In this document: positions 53,110 through 64,000 of the stretch, one piece after another
Layout of the letters: each line of letters begins with the position of its first letter
Position numbering within the stretch: position 1 is the stretch's first letter
Assembly (NCBI GenBank): GCA_964016885.1
Contig: OZ024741.1
Coordinates: 203,112,001 to 203,176,000 of the forward strand
Length of the DNA: 64,000 bases
Direction of reading: 5' to 3'
Source: Eledone cirrhosa
Lineage: Eukaryota
Made by a program: the position numbers and the translations under genes
Notes under the pieces: model-generated
The model's database searches: none
What the model was told of the DNA's origin: nothing
The model's input: only the letters and a program-made list of their open reading frames with translations

Positions 53110-53152
53110 ACGTTGCTGACGATAGCTAATAAGCTTGAAACTAGTACAGCGT
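53110..53152 (+). ncRNA. Minimal type I hammerhead ribozyme
   Basis: ACGTTG-CTGACGA-TAGCT-AATA-AGCTT-GAAA-CTAG-TA-CAGCGT. Stem I is 6 bp with one G-U, stem III is the palindrome ACTAGT, and the GUA site is at 53144-53146. Confidence 0.85.
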
Positions 53153-53423
53153 TCCTTTGTCAGTGTTGAACAAAAAGGCAACGATGGTTGCAAGACACTG
53201 TACGGCTTAATTCGGGATGTTTGTTTACAAACACACCGAGCATTATAATAGATGTTCGGTGAATCCATACGTACATATATATATCTGTGCATGTATGTAT
53301 ATATATATATATATATACATACTACTGTACGTCTGTATACATATATGTATGCACGTGTACATACTTATATTTAAGTAACAGCCGTACTAAGAGTGGGAAA
53401 TGAAATTTCGTTTCATTTTTTCC

Positions 53424-53458
<35 letters not shown>

Positions 53459-54666
53459 GCGTGTGCGTGTGGAGATAAATAGATTGGAGGGAGGGTAAAG
53501 GTAAAGTAAACAGAGGAAATTATGTAATGCATATTCCAATACATGCGGGCAACGAACCCAACCACACGCAGATGTCATAAGAGTGATTGATTGCATTGAT
53601 GTACAAATGTATGAAGACTTAGAATAAAACCTGAGAAGAAGCAAGCTAGTAATTGTAAATGACACTTATCTAGAAAGAAGCTTACCTGCTTTCGCTAGTG
53701 CTGTTTTTTGTACCATTCCCATTACTGTAATATTCATGCCACTTGCTGCACCACTCTTAACGTCCTGTTCCACACGAAACCCCATTAACAAGACATTTTT
53801 GAAAAAGTACAAAACAGCATTATGACTGCATCACATTAAATTTTGAATTGTTTATTATGATCTGACTTATAGTAAAGATACTATACATATTTGAATTAAC
53901 AAATCTATTTTTAGTTACTTTTTATAAAATCATTACTTGATCTGTAGAGTTCATTAGTAGCTTAGCATATGCAACATTCTTTTAGCATAATTCAGTACAT
54001 CACATTAAATATTAAAGCTTTTACTTTAATATTCCACATTTTTGCATATTAAGGCAGAGTCGTTTGTGATTTGGATATTTGTCCCGTGTCTCCGCGTTCT
54101 GAGTTTAAATCCCGCCAAGGATTATTTTGCTTTTCCTCCTCTCAAGGTCGATAAAGAAAATATCAGATAAGTGTTGATGCACCGCTTTTATTTTCTAGTT
54201 GTAATATGTTCTATTGGATAAAAGGGATTGGAGGCGAGTGAGAATCTGCGTTTGATCGCGATATTCTGGACACGTAAAACCTTTAGCGAAAGGATGGCTC
54301 ATGCTACCAAGTCATACTCGATTGTGAGTGGCGGTTCTAATAAAGATACTACAGACATTTGAATTAATAAACTCATTTTTAAATATTTTCTACTAAACCA
54401 CTACAGCATGTTAAACGTTAAACTAACGAGACAAGGAGATTGGTTTCACAGTGATAAAATAACAGCTGGACCTTTCTTACACACATAAATTACGGTCATT
54501 CTACTGAACACACTGTTTCCGTAAGTTACAACACACCTACACCTGCTTCCTTAGTGTCTTTCTCCCCCTCCTCTCTCTCTCTCTCTCACCTCCTCTCTCT
54601 CACTCTGTCTCTCATGCTATGTATATATATACATATATACATACATATAAATATATATATTTAGGA

Positions 54667-54855
54667 ATGACGTGGCAAGCTATTTAGAACACTGGTTTAA
54701 CCGCTTTACTTCCCTCCGAAGAAGAGATATTATCTCGAAAATTATGGACATTTAAATAAATTTAAGGTAAAAGACTAATTGTCAACAATATCTTTTGCAT
54801 TTGCATTTTTATTCTATTTCCATACCTGCATTGGTTTGGCTTTACAAATACAAAC
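54667..54855 (+). mobile_element. Solo 3' terminus (pLTR) of the Penelope family at 50436-52157
   Basis: Reverse complement of 50436-50630. Contains CCGAAGA-A-GAGAT-ATT-ATCTC-GAAA-ATTA (54716-54744) and lies in (TA)n. Confidence 0.8.
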
Positions 54856-54986
54856 ATATATATATATACATATATATATATTTAAAGCGATGAAATACCA
54901 ATGAAGGTTGGAAAATCACTGATGAAGGACTATTTTTATCATATGTAACCCATGTGCAACCACGCAGTATTCATTCTTCTCATGTT

Positions 54987-55036
<50 letters not shown>

Positions 55037-55053
55037 GTATATATATATATATG

Positions 55054-55096
<43 letters not shown>

Positions 55097-55097
<1 letters not shown>

Positions 55098-56815
55098 CTT
55101 TTCTGACTCGTCAGAGTGTAGAGGATCAGTTTCCCCCAGTTATGTCTCTGTAGGTAAAATATCAGTCCAATTCGTGCACGAAAGAGCCGGGAGCAGTTTG
55201 GAAATTGGATATGTGGCAGAAGTGGGGCTGCAGGGTTTTGTTCAGTCTGTCCTGTTTCTTCGTCTCAAGGGCATCTCTCCTCGTCAACTCAAAGAATGAT
55301 GTGTCGGTTTTCAACTTCTTCCTCTTGCGCATGAAATTCACAGTTGTGATCCAAGTCGCAGCTTTGGGTGTTAGCCTTTGTAACGACTCTTAGGTGCACC
55401 AAGATGGCGTTTTCCTTCAGTCAGTTCACTGTAGAAAACCTTCTTGGATAGCCTGCATTCATTCATGCCTGTGACATATCCCTCCCATCACATCCGGTGT
55501 ACTATTATGGTGCTTTCGATGCTTCTACTTACAGCTCTGTTTATCCTGCCACTGGATGTTCGTTATGGCCCGGAGTTTCCTCTGATGAAAGGCTTCCAAT
55601 TTCTTTATACCTTTCCTGTACAACGCCCATATCTCACAGCCATACACAAGTGTGGGAAGTATCACAGCTTTATACACCATGAGCTTTGTTTCCCTTTTCA
55701 AATCTCTGTTCTGAAAGACTCTCTTAAGTCGCCAAAATGCTGCACTTGCTGCTTGGATCATACATTCCATGTTTTTGCTTGATGTTGCATCCTTGGCTGG
55801 GACCGCTCCGAGGTAGGGAAATTGAGACACACTCTCTACCTCCATCCATCGGATTTTGACGTTGGGTTCAGGTTCATTTAATCCTGAGTATGTATGTGCG
55901 TATGTGTGTGTGTGTTGGGGGTGGTCAGGATTTTAGTCTTATCCACATTTACTGTGAGGTCAAACCACTGGTATGCATTGGTATAATTTCTCACAGATCT
56001 TTTATAATTTTCTTCACTGCTGACCAAAGCAGCCATATCATCGGCAAACTGAAGGCCAGTCACTCTGAAGGTCAGTCACTCTGAAGATCGTGGTGTTTCT
56101 CCTAGATCGAAAGCGGTCAGTATTGAGAGGCCCCATCAAGTCGGTAGTGCAGATCTACTCCAGGGCTGTCAGGTGGGACTTCAAACATCATGGCTGCTAA
56201 ATAGATGGGGAAAAGGGTAGGTGTCAAGATACAGCCAGATGTGATCAGAAAGGTTTCGGTGGTTTGGTTTGTCCACCATATCATCGTGGACCGATCTGAT
56301 AATGAAGACCATTGTTGGCGGACATCGAAACCCATCCAGTATTTGCCACATGGCATCCCTAAGCATACAGTCAAATGCCTTTTCAAGATCAGAAAAATGA
56401 TATAAAGGCATCTTTCCCTGTATTTGTCTTGCACAGAAAATCATATCTAAAGTCCCTCTGTTGGAGCGGAATCCACAATGGGACTCTGGTAGTATGTGCT
56501 CAGTGAGTATCTGCAAGCGCCTTAAGATCATATTTGCTAAAGCCCTTTCTGCTACGGAGAGGAGAGAGATTCCTATGTACTTGCCGCATAATTTTATCTG
56601 TATTTTGAAGATGGTGATTATGTTAGCTTCCTTCCAATCACTGAGCAGTTGTTTCTGCTTCCAAATATGCAAAATAAGCATATATAATCTTCTTTGAAAA
56701 TGTTTCCCCGCGTACTTCAACAATTTCAAGGTAATGTCGGGGCCTGGGGATTCGTTTGGTGCTATCTGCCTATGAGCTACCTGGAATTCATTCTGCATTG
56801 GTGGTAAGGACATCT
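55097..56815 (-). mobile_element. RTE/BovB-like LINE, 5'-truncated and decayed
   Basis: SPGPD, GISLLS, ILPESHCGFRSNRGTLDMIF, DLEKAFD, LQFADD, FPYLG and LVYGCEIW...LEAFHQRKLR. Confidence 0.93.
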
Positions 56816-56845
56816 AGTGCTATTCCTGGTGTTATATATATATAT

Positions 56846-57938
56846 ATATTGTTATACTTTGGGAGGGTCATGTTGCCAATAAGAAACACACGCACCAATT
56901 GCTTTCACTTCAATTTATTATAATAAGTTTATAAATTTAGGAATTTATAAATTTCTGGTTGGTTGGTTGGTTCCACAACCAGATAGTTGTTTATATATTG
57001 TCAAAGTTCTTTCGTCACACATTCTGTGACCTCTTCAGTGACTGGGGATTCTTTTCTTTGTTTTTGTGCCTCTCCTTTGTTCTGTCCTACGCCATTTTGT
57101 TTCTGTGTGTGTGTTGTGTGCTCAGTCTGCGCATGCGCCACATCGGGTGTCTGTGTGTGTTTATGTTCATTTATTTATTTGTTTATTTACATGTTACTGG
57201 TTGGTTGTTTGTTCTATGTGTGTGTGTGTTTTCATTTTGTCCTTAATTGTAAGTTGTGCTGTTGCTGTTCCACTCATATTTTCTATTTAATTTTGGTTGT
57301 AATTCTTTTATGTTTATTGCCTCTGTGATTTGTCTAAACATTGCGTCTTTTCTGTGTGTAGATTCTATGCACAGAAAAGACGCAATGTTTAGACAAATTA
57401 CAGAGGCAATAAACATAAAAGAATTACAACCAAAATTAAATAGAAAATATGAGTGGAACAGCAACAGCACAACTTACAATTAAGGACAAAATGAAAACAC
57501 ACACACACATAGAACAAACAACCAACCAGTAACATGTAAATAAACAAATAAATAAATGAACATAAACACACACAGACACCCGGATGTGGCGCATGCGCAG
57601 TCTGAGCACACAACACACACACAGAAACAAAATGGCGTAGGACAGAACAAAGAAGAGGCACAAAAAACAAAGAAAAGAATCCCCAGACACTGAAGAGGTC
57701 ACAGAATATGTGTAGAAACAACTTTGACAATATATAAACAACCATCTGGTTGTGGAACCAACCAACCAACCAGAAATTTATAAATTCCTAAATTTATAAA
57801 TTTATTATAATAAATTGAAGTGAAAGCAACTGGTGCGTGTGTTTCTTATTGGCAACATGACCCTCCCAAAGTATAACAATATCGGTTTCAACACACGATT
57901 TCAGATAAAGAATCTTGCTAAACAAATTCAGAAACGAA
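56846..57938. mobile_element. ~1.04-kb palindrome of two head-to-head Penelope-like 3' ends
   Basis: Arms 56846-57362 and 57364-57882. Each encodes the GIY-YIG C-terminus RQITEAINIKELQPKLNRKYEW and a hammerhead. (TA)n on both sides. Confidence 0.88.
57000..57042 (-). ncRNA. Minimal type I hammerhead ribozyme
   Basis: On the - strand: GTCA-CTGAAGA-G-GTCACA-GAATG-TGTGAC-GAAA-GAAC-TT-TGAC. A mutated mirror copy lies at 57686-57728. Confidence 0.7.
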
Positions 57939-58306
57939 ATATATATATATATATATATATAGTGAAAGAGTGAAGAGTAACATGATCAGCTGTACAAAAA
58001 GGGTTTCATTTACAGTATTAACAATTGTTTCATTGATCAAGTGAGTCTAAAGGCCGCTAATCACTCAAAGTTGTGTCACTCGACCTTAAATACAGTGTGT
58101 GTCTCTGATCAAATCACCGGAATACTATTACTCCAAGAATAACCTGCATGGGAATTCTCGCAAACTCACTACCTAACTATGGAAACCTCTTGTTGAGTCA
58201 AACAACGCCGTACGTTAAAACTATCCGCAGTACAGAGTACTCACAACCTCTAACTGGATTACCTAAAACGATAACTTGTTATCACACACACACACACGCA
58301 CGCACG

Positions 58307-58439
<133 letters not shown>

Positions 58440-58543
58440 CACATCATAGTTTTGTACACAGTTTCACACTGCTATATCATTCGCGGACCTGATTCCTTTG
58501 TCTCTCTTCTTCATTCATTATATTTCGTTTAACATCTATATAT

Positions 58544-58730
58544 GGGCGGTGAATTGGCAGTATCGGTAGAGGGTTGGACGCCATGCTTTCTAGCATAGTT
58601 ACGTCCCTTTACAGTCTGAGTTCAAATCCCGCCGAGGTTATCTTTGCCTTTCATCCTTACGGGGTCGATAAAATAAAGTACCAGTAATGTACTGGGTAAT
58701 TGCTGGCCTTGTGCCTAAAGTAGAAACAAT
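58544..58730 (+). mobile_element. SINE family A with 21-bp TSD
   Basis: ATTATATTTCGTTTAACATCT at 58517-58537 and 58729-58749. Confidence 0.93.
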
Positions 58731-58897
58731 TATATTTCGTTTAACATCTTTCTTATCTCATCTTGTTATCTAGCACATATATTTCTTCTTGTCAACTTTT
58801 GATTAGATTAACCCTAGTACTTGACTAGTGCTTTGAACTCAGGTGGTAAATGGGCTTACAAATACCGATTTCACTACCAGCCGTTCTCTTAATAACA

Positions 58898-59112
58898 ATG
58901 GTTTCTACTATAGGCAAAAGTCCAGCAATTTTGGGGGAGAGGAAAGTCGATTAAATCGATCCCCAGTGCATTACTGGTGCTTTATTTTATCGACCGCTTA
59001 AGGATGAAAGGCAAAGCTGACCTCCTTGGTGTAATTTGAACTCAGAGTGCAAAGAGCCAGAACACATACCATAAAGCATTCTATCTGAAGTTGTAACGAC
59101 TCTGCCAATTTA
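58898..59112 (-). mobile_element. SINE family A
   Basis: Reverse complement of the long form, diverged. Confidence 0.82.
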
Positions 59113-60642
59113 TTGCCTACAATATAACGCTGAATTAGATACTTCCATATGTTGATGTTCTGAAGTAGTAGCACAAAGTACATGTCTCGCCTTTCTAAAT
59201 CTAATTGAATGCTCCCTTTAAGCTATGAAGGTCACACAGAGAATGTGAAAATGGGAGAAGGAGACAAATTAACAAAGTGTAAAAAATCAAGAGATAAGGA
59301 TTTGTTGGTTAACATTTAAATCTAATTAATAACAATTCTGTTGCATAAGTCATTTGTGTTTGTGTCGAAACTCATTTTAAAATATAAATAATAATTTAGA
59401 TTTTAATGAAGAAATTACAGAATGTGTAATGAATAGGAACCGGAAGTATCTTAAGAAAGCAAACTCTTCATGAACATAATAAAAACAAAATAAAAACAAA
59501 CAATGAAACAAAAAACAAAGAAAACAAATTTCGAAGTCGTCAGAATAGTGTAACCGTTGAAAGTTGCGACAAGAGGAAATGATAGTGACGATCAAAGTAG
59601 TTAGAAGCCACCTAAATTATTTCAAGTGAATAATTTCATTCATTTATACATCCTGTGTTCAAAGCCTTTAATATACCTTCCGCCATTAAAATAATAGCAT
59701 GCCACCAATTCAACTGACTCTACTGCTCAACCACCAACTGATGGGTTTGTGCTTAATATCAGAAATAATTACTAGTATTATTTAGAATATTTAAGAGGAG
59801 AAACTGTAAGCAATGCAAATAAGAATTTCATTTCAAAATATCCAGGAAATAAAACAATAAATATTAACCCAGAATCATCGAGCGTATTTAATATTTATAT
59901 ATTATAAACTATTTGACAAGGCCTGTTTTTTTTATTAGGGTGTTCGGCTTACGGCCGTAAGGTCAAGAGTTCGATTCTCGGCGGTGAGTTGTGTTCTTCA
60001 GCATGACCCTTTATTTCAAAAGGCCAGCCTCGTCACACATTGTGTAATGCTAAATCTACTCGACAACTATGATACGAGTTGTTTAACTGGATGAAACATA
60101 TGGAGGCCGTTGTCATAGTGGTAAAAGAGATATGGAGAAGAAACAGCATAACTATGTTACAATGGCTTCAACTTGTTAGTAAGTCTTTGTCATTAGATTG
60201 AATGATATTTTTCGACTGCAATACATGGATTTGGGGTGAGTGCGAAAGAGAAACATGGTCATAGAATTTTAAACTCTGATGTGGGGTTTAGTTCAGGCTG
60301 GCAGAGATTCAGGAACTGATCAGTGTTGAAGTATTTACGATAGAGTTTTAGCATTATGTAACCACAATGAAAGGTCATAAGATGCTCTGAAGTCTGGAAA
60401 TTGAGGCAGGCACTGTTAAAAGTAGAGGTGTATAATGAAATAGTATACAATATATTTATGTATACTAAACATGATGTGGGTATGTACTTCCATATAAATC
60501 TCTATTCTGAATCACGCTGTGTGAGTGCTACTGTTAATTAACTTAAAAAGATTTTAGTTGTGTGTTGTTGAAATGTAAAGCGGCTGTACTGTAGTTTTGT
60601 TATCAATAAGTATAAGCCTGTTGTTATCAATAGTACAAGTCT

Positions 60643-60850
60643 GGTGGATTGGCAGAATCGTTAGAACCTTCCAATAAAATGCTTTACGATGTTTCTTTAC
60701 ATTTTTTAGCTCAAATTCCACTGAGATCAACCTTGCCTCTCACCTCTCCTGGGATCGATAAAGTAATGTATCAATCAATTACTGGGGTCGATATAATAGA
60801 ATTTCCGTCCCGAAATAGATGGCCTTTTGTCTAAATTATAAACAATTATA
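60643..60850 (+). mobile_element. SINE family A, old copy
   Basis: GGTGGATTGGCAGAATCG head with a diverged body. Confidence 0.7.
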
Positions 60851-61524
60851 TATGTAGCAATTATGTATTTGTAGTATGGAAGAACACTAGGCTATTGTGT
60901 CTGAACTGAAGGATGTTTACACTATCTTTAACCATAGAAAGGTGTGTGTCCAATGAGAAGTATTCAGACTGCATCTCTGTGTGTGGTGAGTGGTTAAGGA
61001 CTTTGTGGGAGTAGAAGTACCAACACATATAGAAGGACATTGTAGAAGGCATAACCGAACTAGGGGGTTTACCAGATTATAAAATAAGGAATCCAGTCAG
61101 CACAGAAAACTAACATGAAACTTCCATTGGAAGATATCTGATAGGAATAGACTGACAGGTTGGATCATGAATACTGAAAAGACTTCGTTTTTGTACAATT
61201 ACAATGAGTAATTTTGGCTGATACCATCTTTTTCTGAACAATGTTAGGATTTTGACGAACCATTACGACTTGACTTTAAAGAATGCCTAGAGCGTATAGC
61301 AATTATTTACTGTCTGAACAAAGTCAGCGAGAATTAGCGTCGCTAAGGATTTACGTACTACTGACTCTTCAGCAGTTAATTCATATAAGTACGGATGCAC
61401 TAAATGGCGTACAGGAACAATTCTCAATTAATTCAACTTTGTCTCTTAGTTGGAGAAAACGTAGCGGCAATGGTTGGCTCCTAGCAACATGGCGTCAATT
61501 GTTGACAATCGTGTGTATGTATGT

Positions 61525-61606
<82 letters not shown>

Positions 61607-61664
61607 ATGCGTGTGCGCGTGTGTGCGTGCTTGTGTGTGTGTTTATATTCGTGTCTGTGTCTGT

Positions 61665-61835
61665 ATTTCTGTTCCGTAACTTAGTGGTTCGAGAAAAAGA
61701 GATCGATAAAAGATGTATGTATCAGACCAAAAAAAAAAAAATAAAGACTTGGGTCAATATGATCGACTAAATAAAGATGATGCTCCAGCATGGACGCAGT
61801 CTAATGACTGAAACTCGTAAAAGAATAAAAGAATA
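61665..61835 (+). mobile_element. 3' part of another SINE family
   Basis: CCGTAACTTAGTGGTTCG...GCTCCAGCATGGACGCAGTC...AAAGAATAAAAG after (GT)n; recognised from recall as an octopus SINE tail. Confidence 0.55.
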
Positions 61836-62296
61836 CATTTTAAATTCAGGAATATATAATGCTTTGATGCATTGTTTTGCTCGGGAGGCTTGGTTGTGGT
61901 CAAGGATTTCGCTTGCTCCCCAAGAGTGTTTAAACTAATACAATGTATGCTCTTGGTCTAGAGGAATTAGTTACCTCAAATCCTTCGCATGCACCCAGAG
62001 AGCTGTGGGATTAACATAGTCTATTCTTAAATATAAGTAGTTGCACTGTTTATACTTACACCACGAAGCGTGAATTATCATTGAACAAACTTGTATTTTT
62101 AAACAAACCTATTTATTTATGCAATACATAACGCAAACTCATCCACCTACACGCACACGCACGACACACACATACATACACACACACACACACATATATA
62201 TATTAATTAGCAATAACTCAGCAAAGCTTATGTATGATTATTATACATAAACACTGTACATGCTTTCATATACGCCCATGCACCGCTCTCTGTCTC

Positions 62297-62398
<102 letters not shown>

Positions 62399-62424
62399 CA
62401 TATATACGCAGACAGACACACACT

Positions 62425-62563
<139 letters not shown>

Positions 62564-62892
62564 ATATATACGCAGACAGACACACACTCACACACATACA
62601 TATATATATATTATTGTAGGTATTTAGTAAATATTTAGTTGAAGTTGTTGTCTTCTACACCTAACTGCTGTATACAACTAATATTTCCATTCAAAATAAA
62701 CATCAGCCAGTTACTTACTAAAATATTTTGTTTAAGATTTGTTATTTTGGTTTTGTCTCTACCTGTCTGCATCTGTAATTTATGAAGTATTTTTAAGCTA
62801 ACAACATGTCATACTCGGAAGTTTGATAAAGTGAAATGTTTCGTCTGAGAACAACAGTTAAACCAGTATTTCATTACAAGTCATGCAATAGT

Positions 62893-63360
62893 AATGATTT
62901 CTACTTGAGGCACAAGGCCAGTAATTTGAAGGGGGAAGGAAAGTTGATTAAATCGACACCAGTGCATTACTGGTGCTTTATTACATCGACCCCGTAATGC
63001 TGAAAGTCAAAGCTTACCTCGGCGGGATTTGAACTAAAAATGTAAAGGGCCGTAACTCTATGCCACGAAGCATGGTGTCCGATACTGCCAATCCACCACC
63101 TTACTAAATACCGCAAAACAATTTGTCAAAAGCTCTTACGATTCTGATAATCAAATAAAAATAATTGTTTCTGATTTAGGCACAAGGCCAACAATTTTAG
63201 GGGAGGTGAAAGTCAATTAAATCGACCCCAGTGTGTTACTGGTGCTTTATTTTATCGACTTGGATGAAAGGCAAAGTTAACCTCGGAAAGTAATGGGCCG
63301 TAACTCTATACTACGAAGCACGTTGTCCGACGCCTTATCGATACTGCCAATCCACCGCCC
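62893..63360 (-). mobile_element. Two SINE family A copies
   Basis: Copies at ~62893-63100 and 63163-63360, reverse complement of the consensus. Confidence 0.85.
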
Positions 63361-63393
63361 TATAGTAATAATAATAATAATAATAATAATGAA

Positions 63394-63424
<31 letters not shown>

Positions 63425-63425
<1 letters not shown>

Positions 63426-64000
63426 TGGTTTCTTTATTGGCCACAAGGGCTGACACGAAGAAAAACATTTGAGACGGCACAGAAGAGTACAAGACGATAC
63501 AAAGTGGGTTTTGGTCGTGTAAACAGGTTATGACAAAATCGGGCTAGAAATCCCCCAAAATTAAAACAACAAAAATTCCCCAAGAAGGGGAAACCTCCGA
63601 GGGTCACTCGTGGTGAAAACCACACAAAAGAGCACGGCCACCCTGACCACCAGGGCAAGCGCCCTCTCTCACTTTTCCCACTCCTCAGTCTACAGGCGAA
63701 TACTCAGAGCGGGCCCGTTCACTCAGACCAGACTCGCCACTTTCACCCACCTTTCAATAAACTTACTAGAAGACAACACTTGCCTCTCCACTCTGATTTT
63801 CTTCTTCAAGTGAAACTTGAAAAAGTTAATCAAGGATTGGCTGGAGAGGAAAAAGCCCGTCTTCAACCCTTTCAATCTTGTCCACCACACAATCTCTTTC
63901 GCCATGGTCACCGGGCAGATGAAAACTGGCTGCCCTTCCTCCTCTTTAAAGGAGGATGGCGGGGGTATCTGCACAATGGACTCAGTCGATAACCGGCTCC
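63425..64000 (-). mobile_element. Tx1/L1-clade LINE 3' end (continues beyond window)
   Basis: AKEIVWWTRLKGLKTGFFLSSQSLINFFKFHLKKKIRVER is homologous to 28223-28498. The 3' end GCCCTTGTGGCCAATAAA is followed by (ATT)n. Confidence 0.88.

Noticed and set aside
56846-57882. Palindrome as a pure assembly or chimeric-read artefact
   Set aside because: The arms differ by many substitutions and indels and have different outer ends. An artefact is disfavoured but not excluded without reads.
60060-61060. Host exons near 60.26-60.45 and 60.87-61.0 kb
   Set aside because: There are stops in all frames between the candidate splice sites. LYRKYFN...ELN resembles a decayed CR1/Jockey-type LINE end, but too weakly to annotate.

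Overview
AT-rich, repeat-dominated animal genomic DNA, intergenic or intronic. The SINE families and the very high microsatellite load suggest an octopus or other cephalopod (inference from recall, not a database search). I can support no intact host gene, and most tracked ORFs are microsatellite artefacts. Recognisable content: five decayed RTE-clade LINE pieces, two Tx1/L1-like LINEs, two Penelope-like element (PLE) RT/GIY-YIG fragments, a CRE-like fragment, about 25 copies of a tRNA-derived SINE, a TIR MITE family, a Helentron/DINE-like element, minisatellites and a tRNA-Phe pseudogene. The notable signal is more than ten short non-coding insertions inside (TA)n tracts. Most are head-to-head fold-backs carrying whole or partial minimal type I hammerhead ribozymes. 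The best case is a ~435-bp, phase-permuted, tandem, hammerhead-bearing unit at 52418-53428 that looks like a non-LTR retrozyme and lies next to a Penelope RT/endonuclease copy. Coordinates were read by eye and may be off by a few bases.
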